From NCBI GenBank assembly GCA_012295275.1, contig CM022675.1, positions 5,580,001 through 5,644,000 of the forward strand: a stretch of 64,000 nt of DNA. Direction: 5' to 3'. Position 1 is the first letter of the stretch. The number at the start of each line of letters is the position of its first letter. This stretch comes from Chrysomallon squamiferum (lineage: Eukaryota; Animalia; Mollusca). The position numbers and the translations under genes were made by a program. The notes beneath the pieces were generated by a model. It made no database searches and had not been told where the DNA came from. It saw only the letters and a program-made list of their open reading frames with translations. Positions 29,109 to 54,974 of this stretch are shown here, in pieces.

Positions 29109-29431
29109 TCATTCATATGAACAATTAACAGTTTAGATTAAATTCGAGACTTTAAATCACACTTTTATGTACTGCTTTTAAATCTTATTTTACTAACACG
29201 GCAAGCGATCGTACGGGCAAGTGTTAAAGGTCGATTACACGCAGGCTTAGTGAATGACCTAAAGCACACAGTGCTTTTCGTATGGTTCTGGTACCTCTGT
29301 AGTGTATAAATATATATTAAATTGATATACAGCGAGATAGAAACAAAAACATATATGTATATAGACAGATATATCTGACAAGCTACCTTTTTATTTGATT
29401 AGCTTATTTTAGTTCATTTAATTGTTTAATG

Positions 29432-29491
<60 letters not shown>

Positions 29492-29975
29492 TTATTATTA
29501 TTAATTTATTATTATTATTATTATTGTTGTTGTTGTTGTTGTTGTTGTTGTAGCACTTACTAATATAACAAAACGAGAAACACGTTGTGGACGGTGACTC
29601 TTCCAGTCATTACAGAGGCTCGCTTACCCAAAGCTGCCTGTGTATAATAACTGGGTATGTAACAAATGTTAATAGTTCTCACGTGTTTAGTATCTTTTGT
29701 TAGACGGACTGAAACAGGTTTTTCGTAATGTGACAAGTTGTCATCGCTATAAATGATAAATACAGAAATAAACTTTTATTAGAAGACGGGATTGGTCTGA
29801 TATTTAGTAATAAACATCACTTGGAATAAAATTGGCAAAACGCAATCATTTTTGATGCTAACAGCCACCCACGTATTTAGTAACATTTTTATTTTAGCTT
29901 CCACTCCATATAATTTAATATCATGAAAACGATCAGTGTTTCTTCTACAACCATTTTTTTAATACGAAACACGTA

Positions 29976-30042
<67 letters not shown>

Positions 30043-30383
30043 GTGTATAGGCACCACTTCGAATTTGACTTCAGCGTGCTGTCAATGTCAACTGAAAGTA
30101 AAACATAGACAGACACAAAAGCAATTTCTTTGAGCCGAAAAGTTTATATTTTCTTTAAAGTAAATTAACAATAAAAATAACAAAACATAATCATTATTAT
30201 CTTTAGTAGCGGTAGAATTAAAAGGATATGTGGTGGTTGTAGTCAGTGGTAATAATGGCAACTGTTATTTTGTATCATTATTTTCTTTTTTGTTATTAAT
30301 ATGTTGGTGATTTTGTTTTTTCTTGTTTTTCTTCTTTTTTCTCATTTTTCTAATTGTGGACAACATAATATTTCTCTTCACAG

Positions 30384-30522
30384 ATTCAGAATGTCTTCTG
30401 TTGGTAGCAGTGTCACTAGTAGGAATGTATGGAAGTATGACGTTAAGTGTGACGGTTCGGAACCTGCTCTTCATCACTGTCTGCTGAGAGTTTACATCGT
30501 CTTCTAATTATAAGCTGTTCAG
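30384..30522 (+). pseudogene. Orphan frameshifted SRCR exon, duplicate of 4446-4584
   Basis: Same sequence and lesion as 4446-4584. Confidence 0.8.
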
Positions 30523-31073
30523 GTATTTATGTTAAAACTATTAGTTTAGTTTCCAATAAATTGATAGTTTAATTAATAGTTTTATTTAATAAACACAGGT
30601 TTTTTTTTTTTTTTTTTTTCTAGTTGTGTTTTACACTCTGGTTCGTAATTTTGCATGGAATCACATGATATATTGCTTACAAAGAGAAAACAGAAGAAAA
30701 CAAAGGTTAATGTTTTACTATTGTTATTATTATTATTAGTATCATTACTAATGTTAGTAGTAGTAGTAATAGTAGTATTTATTTAAAAACTTGAAGGACA
30801 CACTAATAGATATCATTTCAGGCACTATTTAAATAAATAAATAAGTTAATAAATTAATAAATAATAAAAGAAAAAAAAAAACATCAGCATTTCACTTGTA
30901 TTATCGCGTGAGAGAAAGTTGTTCATTAATTGGCTGTAGTAGGCTGTCAAAATGAAAAAGAAAAAAGAAAAGAAAAAGAAATCTGCAGAAAATTAAAGTT
31001 AAATGATAAAGGAATATCAATATTTTATAGACATTCTACTCCGTAACTTTCATTGATGTGCTGACTTTTCTTT

Positions 31074-31157
<84 letters not shown>

Positions 31158-31223
31158 TGTATTGTTATTATTTTTATTGTTCTTCTTATTATTACCATCA
31201 TCATCATCATCATCATCATATCA

Positions 31224-31267
<44 letters not shown>

Positions 31268-31807
31268 GTTATTATTATATTTGATTGCTTATTTTGCTAT
31301 AGTAAAGCTTGTTTTTTTAGGGTTTTTTTGTTGTATTTTTGTACTTTCTCAAAAACGTGCTTGTTTATGTATTCATTAATATTTTATATTGAGTTTCTTT
31401 ACTGAACTAAGCTTGTGGCAATGAATCTCATGTGATTTGTTTTATTTTATAAGTCGAAATTATTACTTGCATATTAATTCATGTTTACGTAATTATTGTC
31501 ATTACTCTATGCTGGAATACAAATTACCTCTCTGTTTTGCTCTTCCTGTGTGTTTTATTTATTTTCTTCTCATTTGTGTTTGTGGACATTCTGGAGGTTC
31601 GGTAAAAATCCGTGGCGGAGGAAAAGCTTTCGAATTTCAGTCGTCATTCTTCGTGGTGCTGTTTCCAAGATGGAGGATCTGCTTTAACTGTTGCCATAGT
31701 TTATTCACACACCCATCTCATTAACAATATATATATTTTTTTAATTTCTCGTGCCGATTATTTAATTATTAGTCCTTATTTTTTCAATATTAAATATATT
31801 ATTATTA

Positions 31808-31839
<32 letters not shown>

Positions 31840-32449
31840 GTTATTGTTATTGTTATTATTATTATTATTATTATTAAAACTATTATTACTATTATTGTTA
31901 TTGTTATTGTATTTTATCATTATTATTATTATTTTCTTAATATTCTTGGTATTGTTGTATACAAAACAACTATAACTCAACAACATTATAATCATAGATA
32001 CAGAAAGTGTTATAGAAAAGACTAAAGCGAACATCTGCTGAATTTTTGGTGGCATCATAGCACGTGACAGCACAACCAATCAGCAAGGATTACAGATAAC
32101 CACTCGATATCTAGTGATAGAATTTCATATCGTACGTCACACCTCAATTTCTTATCACTAAACATTCTTCATTCAGTAAAATCATACTTCACTTCATGGT
32201 AATGGATGAAGAACACTTCTTGAACATTTTCACTATACTTGTCTGCAGTGACCGAATAGATGCACTGAAAATATTACACAGGGAGAAACAAATAAGTTGA
32301 AAAAGCAGAGAAAAAAGTAACAACAAAGAGAAAGTTCCTTTCCTTTTAAAATAACTTGTAACTGTAATGAGAATTATTAACAGGTCATTTCAACACGGTT
32401 CATCAAATCATATAAGAACATTTTGCGATGATTTATACTTATGACCTTA

Positions 32450-32511
<62 letters not shown>

Positions 32512-32513
32512 AG

Positions 32514-32553
<40 letters not shown>

Positions 32554-32561
32554 AGATGATG

Positions 32562-32604
<43 letters not shown>

Positions 32605-32606
32605 TG

Positions 32607-32637
<31 letters not shown>

Positions 32638-33421
32638 TAATCATAATAATAATAATAATTTTAATATAATAATAACAACAACAACAACAAAAACAACAAT
32701 AACACTAACAATACTGTTTGTCTGAAAGAAGTAAATAGGAATTAGTTTAATATTTTTAGTTTTAATGTTTGTAAAGAGAGGCGAGTGACGTATTTCATAA
32801 ATCCATGATATATACCGCAAGTAAGTCTCTATCAGCAGCAGAAATTAGACAAATTAATGAAAATGTCCCGAAAAGTAAAAACAAGAAAGAGACAGCTTCG
32901 TTCCTTCTACCTGACCTTTGTGTCATTTACAGCCAGTATCTCTCTTTTTCAAAGAGAAATTAGACAAATAAAACAGAATAAAAAAAAAAAAAAAGAGATA
33001 ACTTCGTTTCTTCCCACTTACCTCCCTTGTTGTAATTAAGTACTCAGTGCGTCATGGTTTGGTTATCAACATGTAATATTACAGTTTCCTTGAACTATGA
33101 ATATTTAGAGATTTGACGGCGTATTTCATCACCTCGATCATGACTCTGTAAATATTATTTATTTATTAATGTATTTAATTATGTATTTAAAATAATATGG
33201 CTATTCTTCTTGCTGACATCACGCGATAATATTAAAAACTTAATAAATGATCACAAATCAAATCCAGGGGAAAACATAATAACCCTTCCCCTCAAACCAA
33301 AAAAAAACAAGTTTTAAAAATAAAAATTTAAAAAAAAGCGTTCCTCTAAATAGAAAAGATAAAACATCGCTGAATTTATAAAATAATGTATTTTAGAGTG
33401 TGTAAGCATACAGACAGAGAG

Positions 33422-33538
<117 letters not shown>

Positions 33539-34088
33539 TGGTCTGTTTGGAAAGAAATATACTAACGTAATGAAAAGAAAAAAAACATTTTTGCTCTATT
33601 TATATCTTATCTTATTATTATTATTATTATTTTTGTTTATTTTTTTTATTTTATGTATTTATTATTTTTATTTTTTACTGAGTCGCTGGTTCTCTGCAAT
33701 GTATATATATATATAGTGTAATATACATATACTTGTCTACGGAATATGTTTGTTTATTTGTTTATTTATTGATCTGTTTGTTTCTTTGTTTGTTTTTTGT
33801 ATTGTTTGTTTGCTTATTTCCTTCTTTGCTTTTTTATTTGTTTTCTTTATTTGTTTGAATGCTAAGCTTGTTTAAGTCTTTTTGAAAAGTAGACTGAGGG
33901 CAATTATTACTAGAACAAAGACGATAAAAACAACTACTACTGCTACAACAACTACTGTTGCTAGTGCTATTCCAACTTGTAATGGTATAAGTCATATAAA
34001 CAACGCTATAAACAGCAATAACAATACATCAACTGAATTATGGTTCGGACACATTCTGCGCTTGTCGAACAAGATACCAATTAAAAAC

Positions 34089-34196
<108 letters not shown>

Positions 34197-35649
34197 CTAT
34201 CTATCTATCTATCTCTCTATCTATCTATCTATATCTATCTATCTATCTATCTGTCTATCTATCTATCTATATACTAATAATATTAATACCATTAACTGCC
34301 ACTATAACTGATTTTACCACTACTGCGTTTCCTACTACTAGTATCACAATGACTACAACCACTGCTATTAGAAGTGGTATTACTACGACTACTACGAATT
34401 CTCTTCGCTACTATTAACGCAAATGATACTACTTCCATTATTACTGTTACTGTTGCTCGATCGTTATTAATTACTGCAACAATTACTTCGAGTACTAGAG
34501 CTACCACTCCTACTCCTACCACTACTTGTCATACTGCTACTACTATGGCTAATTACTAATGCTAATACAAAACCGACGACTTTTACTCCTAATACTTTTA
34601 CCAGCACTAATAAAATAACCAGTATGCTACCATTACAACTAATACTAGTACTAGTACTGTTAAGACTTATACGCCTATTGCTACCAGAACAGCAACTACT
34701 GTTACTATTACCACTAATAACTCTACTACCACTGCCCCTAATACTACTAACACTATATTTGAATTTTATTAAGTAAAAGTCGTAGTTTTAAAGTTAAAAG
34801 GTGATGATGATGATGATGATGATAATAATATTTTAATGACATAATATACTTTCTACACAGATCGTGAGATCTTTCAAACACTGTACTGAAAGACGTTCAA
34901 AACAAATTGCCACGTTCAATTAAACTTGATATTACATGTTTCTGATTTCAGTAGAGTAAAACAGAAATGTCCTGAGATAGATATTATATCTACATGTGTT
35001 AGGATCTGACACAAAGTTGTATTTTCAGGTGAATTAAGCATACACTAATAAAAAAAAGAGCTTAAGGTCTTAAATATGTCTGTCAACCAGTGATCTTTGT
35101 TATTACTTGATTTCTCCAAAGAAAGTAGCTTAATTTAGTATAAAAAATATGTATAAGATCCAGTACCTGCATTATCCAAGATATTTACTTACAGATTTGT
35201 ATTTAGAATGTGCATACCGTCGTCTTAAAATGTAGCTTACGGTTTCATTTTTAAACATCGCAGTAACGTTCACTATTGAATTAATTTCAAACACTAAGTG
35301 AATTTCCTTTCAATGGCTGGTTTGTAATATACTTACCGCATATGTGTATAAGTTTGTTTAGGTGTGTGTGCATTTTATGATTTGAATATTTTCTGTCTAA
35401 TGTACGTCTGTATCGACTCCGCACATAAACAATATTCGGAAACACAAAGTCCAATCACGACCTCACAAAACTCAACTGGTGCCGCTGACGAGACACGAAC
35501 GTACAGCGCTCATTCGCTCGCACTCCGAAGGTGAACGACATTACCGTTCCGCCATCAAGACAACCGTAAAAGGAGTTGCTCAGTAACCTGAGTGACTATA
35601 TTAATCGTGTTTGACTATCCTAGTAGAAGAAACATTTTTGGTGTGTGTG

Positions 35650-35710
<61 letters not shown>

Positions 35711-36698
35711 GTATGTGTGTGTGCATATATGTGTGTATGTATATATGGAGTAAAGCAACACACACACATACACACACACACATAAGTAAAAATGAAAGCA
35801 AAGAGGAAAAAGAAGAAAAAAAGACATCTCATTTGACGCCTGACTAACCAATCATATTACAGCTGCTTAAAAACTCCGAGGTCTTTCTGCACAGATTATG
35901 AGAGCTTTCAAACACTGCACTGAAAGACGTACAAAACAAATTGCGACGTTAACTTATGTTTGATATTACTTGTTTCTGATTTCTATGGAGGAAAAAAGAA
36001 ATGTCCTGGGATAGATATTATATCTGCGTGTGTTAGGATGTGACACAAAGTTGTATTTTCAGGTGAATTAAGCATACACTAATCAAAAAAAGCTTAGTTC
36101 TTAAATATGTCTGTCAACCAGTGATCTTTGTTATTACTTGATTTCTCTAAAGAAAGTAACTTAATTTAGTATAAAAAATATGTATAAAATCCAGTAGCTG
36201 CATTATCTAAGATTCTTACTTACAGATTTTTGTGTTTTATTTATTATTATTATTACTTTTTTTTAGAATGTGAACAACGTTGTCTTAAGATCTAGCTTAG
36301 GGTTTTATTTTTGTACATCGCAGTAACGTTCTATACCTGTCATAATCAGGTCTAAGATGTGAAAGTTATTATCGTAAACGATTTTAGCACACAGACGTAT
36401 ATAAATAATATTTTTACTTTATTAATATTTTTACTTATCATTTTTTATTATTATTATATTGAATTAATTTCAAACACTAAGTGAATTTCCTTTCAATGGC
36501 TGGTTTGTAATATACTTACCGTATATGTGTATGTGTGTGTTTAGGTGTGTGTGCATTTTATGATTTGAATATTTTCTGTCTAATGTACGTCTGTTTCGAC
36601 TCAGAACATAAACAATATTCGGAAACACAAAGTCCAATCACGACCTCACAAAACTCAACTGGTGCCGCTGACGAGACACGAACGTACGAAGCAGTTTT

Positions 36699-36758
<60 letters not shown>

Positions 36759-36764
36759 TTTGTT

Positions 36765-36819
<55 letters not shown>

Positions 36820-36827
36820 AGTAAAGC

Positions 36828-36862
<35 letters not shown>

Positions 36863-37704
36863 GTAAAAATGAAAGCAAAGAAGAAAAAGAAAGAAGACGT
36901 CTGATTTGACGCCTGACTAACAATCATTGTGCAGCTGCTTGAAAACTCCGAGCTCTTTCTGCACAGATTCTGAGAGCTTTCAAACACTGTACTGAAAGAC
37001 GTACAAAACATATTGCGACGTTAAAAAGAAATGCCCTGAGATAGTAATTATCTTCGCGTTTGTTAAGGCGTGACACCAAGTTCTATTTTCAGTTGAATGG
37101 TGTATACACTATTGAGAATAAAATTTATTTCTTTAATATTTATTTATATATATATTATTATTCTGACGAGGATAGCTTAATTTAGTATAAAATATATGTA
37201 TACGTTTCTGCAGCTGCATGATTGAAGATATATATATATTTTTTTTTTTTTAACGTTTGTAATCAGGTCTAAGATGTGAGAATTGTTATCGTAAACAATT
37301 TTAGCACACAGACATATATAAATAATATTTTTACTTTTATTAATATTTTTACTTATCATCTTTTATTATTATTAAACACACACATACACACACACGCACA
37401 CACACATATCATATCTGCATTCATATCCACATCCATAGACACATACAGGCATACACAGACACACACACACACAAACATACAGATACTATATACGTACTTG
37501 TCAGAATCTTGTACAAACTAATCTCTCCATATTGTTCATCTAATTTCTGAGAAATATCTATTTATCTATATCTCTGTCTATCTGTTTGTCTCTCTATCTG
37601 TCTATGTATGTATCTATCTATCCATCTCTCTATCTATATATCTGTATGTCTGTCTGTCTGTCTGTCTGTCTATCTCTCTATCTATCTATCTATAAATCTA
37701 TTTA

Positions 37705-37745
<41 letters not shown>

Positions 37746-38675
37746 CTCTATCCATCGCTCTATCTATATATATATCTGTCTGTCTGTCTGTCTATTTATC
37801 TACATCTCCCTGTATTCCACCCAATACCACGAATAATTTCTGCCACAATCGCAAATTGCAGTCCTCAAGGCTCTCTCTGTAAGTCTTTATCATTGAATCT
37901 CGACAATTACAACTAGATTTTTTGACGCATTTCCACTACAACTTTGTTTTGCAAGTTGCATGTTTGGTATGCATGAACCCCTAATAACAAATTTTGTTAC
38001 CAACCTTATTGCTATGAATAACTTCCATATTAAACGTATTTCTGATACTAGAGCAAGCTAGAGAATATATACTGAAACACATTTTAATCGTGGACATGTT
38101 ATAAATCATTTACAACAGGAAACCATTAGTTTAAATCTATACTAATCAATAAGACAAACGCAAGCTAGACTCAATATGAAGCCCCTTTCTTTAATCTGGC
38201 CTAATCAGTAAGATTAAGAATTATCCCATACTTACTATGATGCCACATTTAATTCTCTACAAACGTATATATTTTGGTGACTTTATTCTGTGACTTTTTT
38301 CCTGTGAAGTTTTTTCAGTCACCGTAAATTTTGATGTCGAAGATCGATATTTGTTTTCGTACCCTTTTTTAAATGTAATTTTATTTTTTAGTTATTATTA
38401 TTATTATATTTTTAATGTGCGATGGAAGTTATTTATAATACTGTTTCGCTTTCCTAAGCCATTCACATCAAAACGTATGCACGTGTAAAAAACAAAGATA
38501 TAAAGTGCAAATAATGGAAAATCAATGTGCCACTTTTGTTAATGTTAACTACGGTGTCGAAAGTAAATAAATTGTGTATGTGTGTGTATGTGTGTATGTT
38601 TCTTTTGTTTGTTTGTTTTGTTTTTATTACTTTGAGAGGACACTAGAAGCCAAATCTGAGGCGTTACATATGCAG

Positions 38676-38717
<42 letters not shown>

Positions 38718-38975
38718 ATATTAAAAAGAAACATTAATAGTCATTATGAACACACAAATATACAAATAAGTTACACAGACAGATCGGCTGGAAGCTAAAA
38801 GGAGAGAAAAAGTACATTAAGACTTACAAAATATTAGTCAATTAATATATAGCAAATACAAAAAAACTAATTAAATATATAAAATTATACGGAACGACAA
38901 GGAGGTACAAAAATAAAGGTATATAGAGTGAAACAGAAAGAGAGAGACAGAGAGATTATTTGTTTTTATTATTTA

Positions 38976-39033
<58 letters not shown>

Positions 39034-39139
39034 TACACACACATATATATGCTCTATATGAACACATATACAATTGCTTTCTGTTGCAATACTTAAAAGC
39101 AGAGAATCATTGGACAAGATGGTTTCTTTGTCCTTACCA

Positions 39140-39249
39140 TATAAATACAGCTAAACACATCGTGACATGCAGATTTATGTTTTATTCTAAACACATCGAA
39201 CTGTGTGAGTGAGGACAAAGCTTCTTTTCTGAGTGTCACAAGAAACAAG
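39140..39249 (+). promoter_or_regulatory. TATA box and putative non-coding exon 1 of the intact ZP-SRCR gene
   Basis: TATAAATA 39140-39147; donor CAAG|GTaggc at 39249/39250. The ATG-containing exon has its own acceptor (43745-43746), so an upstream exon is required. Confidence 0.55.
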
Positions 39250-39701
39250 GTAGGCTCGCGTTAGCTTACTTCAGTGAGTACGTTTGTACGGACGTTTTGT
39301 ACATTTGAATGCACTTGACTTCAGAAAATGCAGCTGTATACATTTTCCCTGTAACATAAATGTATCAGCAGTTTTGGTAGTACTTGAGTTCTTAATTGTT
39401 ACTTATGTTGTGGATGTTGTTGTTGCAGCTACTGCTGTTGTATAAACCTCGACGTTAAATTAACACGCGTCGATGTTATAAAATATTACATTATATTATA
39501 TTATATTAGATTTATTTATTTATTTATTTATTTATTTATTTTTTTTTATTTTTTTTATTACTGTTATTCATTTCCACAGATTGAACTTAGTAATAGCATT
39601 CGGATAAAGCGCAGTTATTTTAGTATTATTATTATAATTATTATTTTGTATCTATTTAATTTTTTATTATTTATTTATTTATTTATTTGTTTGTTTGTCT
39701 G

Positions 39702-39802
<101 letters not shown>

Positions 39803-40214
39803 TTCTTTCTTTCTTTATTTTAATTTATTTTATTTTATACTTAAAGTGTCCCAACGGAGATATTATTTTAAGTTATTCTTAACATGATTTCTGCAATCTT
39901 GTCTTAAACTAAAGAGTACAGTTTATATATATATAAACAAATGAATATAACAATACATATTTCATCTTATTTAAATTAGATGTTATTCTTCTTGTTGATA
40001 TGTTGGCTATAAAGACCGTTGCCGTTGCTTTTCGAAACATACCAATGGTGTTAAAAATATATTAATTGCAGCTAATTGAAAATCAAAGCACTGTATATTG
40101 CACAGTAACTCCCGGTTTTGTTAAAGTTAACTGATGTATGTATCTATGAATAATTATTTTTTTCAATTCTTTTAAGTCATTTCTCCATTTTTTTTTACTC
40201 TTTGTTACCTTTCT

Positions 40215-40249
<35 letters not shown>

Positions 40250-43200
40250 TTATATATATGGTCTTAATATCGAAAAGTGTCCGATATATTTACATAAACA
40301 TACATACATACATACATACATACATACATGTCTTCTTCCAGTTTGAATGTCGGAAATTTCAGTAATTAACTGTTTAGCAGCACTACCATAAAAGCAGTAC
40401 ATATATGTATATATGTTTGTATAATTACCTTTCTCTTCAATTAATCCTTTGTTTTCCTCATGTCGCGTCTTAATATCGAATCATACCAGTGACTTAATGT
40501 GTGTGTGTGTGTGTGTGTGTTTGTGTGTTTGTGTGTGTGTGTGCGTGTGTGTGTGTGTGTGTTTGTTAAGAACAGTTATTTGAAGATCAATGTACTGTAC
40601 ATTAGAGTGTAACTCCAGGTTGTGTTCATTCTGAATGATGTGTCGAAAGTAAACAGAAGAAGTATTTAACTTTAAATACCTACCATTTGGCATCATTAAC
40701 TTATGATTAACAGTACCATGAAATCTATTACTATATATACAATTGTGGTTAGCCTCTTTTAAGCCATTCTCAGACATCGAAAACTATCACTGATAATTAA
40801 AGGAATATTAAGTGCAGTTAAATGAAAATCAATGTACTCTATATTACATAGTAACTCCCAGTATTGTTAATGTTAACTGAGATAGGTATATGTATATGTA
40901 TGTGTCTGTGCGTGTGTGTGTGCGTGTGTGTGACTCCCTGTTTTGTTAATGGTAACTGAAGTTTAGACAGTAAATGAAAGTGTTCTATCATTCAAAATGA
41001 CTAAAATGTGTTATTTATGAGAGTATGCATATATGTATGCATGTCATCAGAATATTCTTTTTATTCTGAAATTATTCAAATAATTACACAAACAGAAAAA
41101 GCAAGAAAAAAGCAAACGGTGAAAACAATTAAAGTAAGTAACTAAATAAGTTGAAGTAATAAAGTACTTTCACTCTCACTGACCATCACTGACTTACAAA
41201 TAACAGTACTGCTAAAAGTCTTCTTTAACTTTGAAGTCTAACATTTGTATGACTAACTTGTTAGCAACAGTACGATGAAAGCAATTCATATATATGTGTA
41301 TATGTATATTCTCGTTTCTCTTCTTTTAAATATATATATATATATATATATTCAGATCATTCAAAATCAATACACTTTGTTTTGCTCCGTCGCCCTCACA
41401 GTTGTTAACTAAAGTGTGGACAGCAAAGAAGGTGTTCTCTCTTTTTTAAGATGTAAAATTTGTATTACTCTGTAATGAGCAACAGTGCCATAAAATGACA
41501 ATGCATGTGCATGAATGTATGTGCGCATGCATGTATCTGTGTGTATACATGTTTCTATCTATTGTTTTAATTTTGTCACTGAACATTTAGGAATCCTTCT
41601 TCATAACTACCGTCATGAATGTGTGATGTTTATCATAATGTAATTAACTCTATTTTCACGAAATGTTTATATTCATTTCCTCGGGTTCGTTTGAACGAGT
41701 AAAACTGAGCATGACTAACATGGAGTAAACATCTCAAAACATAACTTTCTGTTTAATTTAAGCTTTGTCAGTATTCCAGTTATTATTAATATCATCATCA
41801 TCACCATCATCATTATCATTATTGCTGTTGTTTCTTCTAGATACGACTGTAAACACATACACATACACATAAACAACAACAACAACAATAATAATAATAA
41901 TAATAATAATAAAAGTAAATTTTGCTTTTGAGTAAAATACTAATACTACTACTAATAATGATAATAATAAAATAATAATAATAATTTTATTTCCTTATGA
42001 ATAAATAAATAAATAAATAAATAAATTTAATTCTGACTGTGTAGATTTCATATTGTTTTGTCTAATTAATTAAACATGTTTTTAGAAGGAATGAGAATAC
42101 TGTATTTTGTAGAAGATGTTGATATCTTTCTCGTATTGGCTGAGTCACAAAAACAAATTACATTAACTTTCCTTTTTTTCAAATTTTTTTTCTCTCTACA
42201 TAACCAACATACTGATTGTTTGATCCAGTGAAAGTGTAGTTGTTATTTCTGCAACTACTACTACTGCCATTACTGCTGCTACTACACATGTTAAAGCCAG
42301 TACTACTACAATTTATCTGATACTACTGCTAATACTATAATGTATACTGATATTACTGCTATTACTAGTGTTACTACTGATTATAATAAAAGTAATAAGA
42401 TCAATAATAATACTTCAGTTGCTGCTGCTGCAACTACCCTCAAAACTGCGATTCCTGCTGCTACCATTACTACTACAACCACTGCCTTTATTGATACTAC
42501 TATTGATACTAGCACTAATACTCAAAATATATTGATCAACTTATCCAGAATATTATAGATCTGTTACATTAATTAGTGGCAAACTATTTACAGCTGTGTT
42601 CATTAATACACTAAAGTTTCATCGTGAAATAAACGATATATCATCCGAAGTTGAAGCAGAAAGTATTAGTGAAATGAAATGAAATGAAAAAAATTAACGT
42701 GCTAATCAGAGCTAGCTGTTGTGAAGCACGTTATTAGTGTACAAATAGCCAAGTTTTAATTTCGTATGAACTACGTGCTGGGAGTAAACAAAGTTCAGTT
42801 GAGATGTGACACACACAGCTCATCAGTCAACTCTGAAAGTGATGTGTGATAATCTGAACTGAAGTATTTTTATTACGAGGTAATTTTCTGCCACACTGTT
42901 TCCTACAATAACATTTCTTCAGCCAAAACTTAATTAGTCTAAATTCTTTGTGAGTGATCAGCATATATTATGACAAAATTTAAAAAAAAAAACAATCTAT
43001 ATATCATTTCACGTTATGTTCTTCTTTGGGTGAGTGTTTTTCTAAATGTATAGGGTTAAACAATGCATATCTATATCGTAGTTTCTGCTTTCTTTAGAAA
43101 AGAAAAAAATAACAAAAAGTAAGTAAGTAAGTAAGTAAATAAATGAAACACTGCATTTGGGAGGAGACACTGTTTTTGAATTTCAGACATACATTGTCAT

Positions 43201-43758
43201 GTTGAAAATTAGTCTCACTCAGTTTATGGACTCCCTTCAAAAACTGGAACCGTTGTCTTTCAATTACTTTGTTATCTGTTATTGCAATATCTGAAAATTA
43301 TCTCATTAACGAAAAACAATATCTGTTGAAAAAAGAAGTGTTAAAATATGTAAAGATGACACGAGTGGAATGTCAGACAATTATAACTAACGAGTTACTT
43401 GGTCACTACAGCAATTTAGTCAACACTCACAAAACGGCTCCAGTAAGAAACCAGGTTTCCAGTCTGACATCAAAACTACTTCAGATCACATCAGACTGGA
43501 AAATTAGATATTTGACAATACAGGAACATGCAAACATCATATTGTGAAAATTAAATTATCAATCCTTTATAAATGAACAAACCATATGAGTTTTTCTTTA
43601 TTTTTAGAATTATATTTTTATGATCACGCAAACATACATACAAATATATATATAAACCATTTCTCAGATTTCTTCTTTCCCGTTTTTCTTTTCTTTCTTT
43701 CTTATTTATTTATTTATTTATCAACTTATTTATTTGACTTTTTCAGTACAAAGTAAAT

Positions 43759-53868
<10,110 letters not shown>

Positions 53869-54048
53869 TTAACCTCACAAATGTTTCACATATTGTAGTA
53901 GCAAACTGAACTTGAAAAAAATGTCATGCATTTTACGCGTAAAAGAGTCCAATCAGTGAAATGAAGATGTTAACAAACATGACACATATTCCAAACTGCA
54001 CTTGAAATCTGTTTCAATGTTTTATTCAATTATTATTTTTGCTTTTAC

Positions 54049-54103
<55 letters not shown>

Positions 54104-54974
54104 TTGTCGTTAATAATTGCTTTGTTTTTTTGTTATTATTGTTATTATTGCAAATACTTTTATTCGTATTTTTATTATTATAATTATTATTATAATTTAA
54201 TTTTTTTATTTTTATTTATGTATTGCTTTCTCCCAGGTTAATTTCTTTTGTTTATTCATTTCGATTTAGGAAAATTTAAAAAAAAGAAAAAGAAAAAAAC
54301 GTGTTTGTATGGCTTTAGACACAAGTTCGTAATGCTCAGATTTGGTTTTAGTCTTTCTTTCTTTTTTCTTTTCAAATGCACTTAAAGTTAGTTGTTGGTG
54401 TTGGCTTTCTGATTGATATTGCTACTGCGTAGTAATTAAAAATATTAAACTGATTACATTCTGCTGTTAGAATAGATTCGGATGCCTTAAATAATTGTGC
54501 ATTTATTCGGAGTCTTACTTTTTGTCTTTTTTCGCTTTTCTGGCTATCCATCATAGTTTTCTTTATCAAACATTTATTTATTTATTTATTTGTTTGTTTG
54601 TTTGTTTGTTTGATTGCTTGTTTATTTTTTATTTTTATTTATTTATTTATCCATCTGTTCGTTTACATACTGATATTTTTAAAAGTTTGTTTTGTTGTTT
54701 GCTTACAGTTAAATTTCACTGGTTTAAGGAATCGTTCAAAGAACAGTAATTTTTATGACCATTCCTTTTCATTATTTCATTTCTTTATTATTTCTTTGTT
54801 GTTTTTCTTCTACTAAAGTTTACTTATGTATATTTTCATTTATTGTACTTTTTATTTTTGTTTTATTTTTATTTCAATTATTATTATTTAAGTTTACATT
54901 TGTTTTACATTTGATTTTAACTGCTATATATTAATTAACCTTAATTGATCTTCCTTTTTTTCTTCTTTATTTTC

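Larger units (their letters stand above)
25840..29300 (-). mobile_element. Endogenous parvovirus/densovirus-like viral element (EVE), ~3.5 kb, degraded
   Basis: Intron-free, microsatellite-free, higher-GC, CpG-containing island with densely packed minus-strand ORF fragments. Capsid and NS1 motifs are recognisable by eye (see sub-features). Boundaries are approximate. Confidence 0.8.

Noticed and set aside
29170-29300. Possible RING-like remnant (IH*ACV*STFNTCPYDR) on the minus strand upstream of the viral hairpin
   Set aside because: Three stops within ~20 codons and another frame is open; too short to support. It would matter only if intact relatives show it as the end of the preceding gene of a circular genome.
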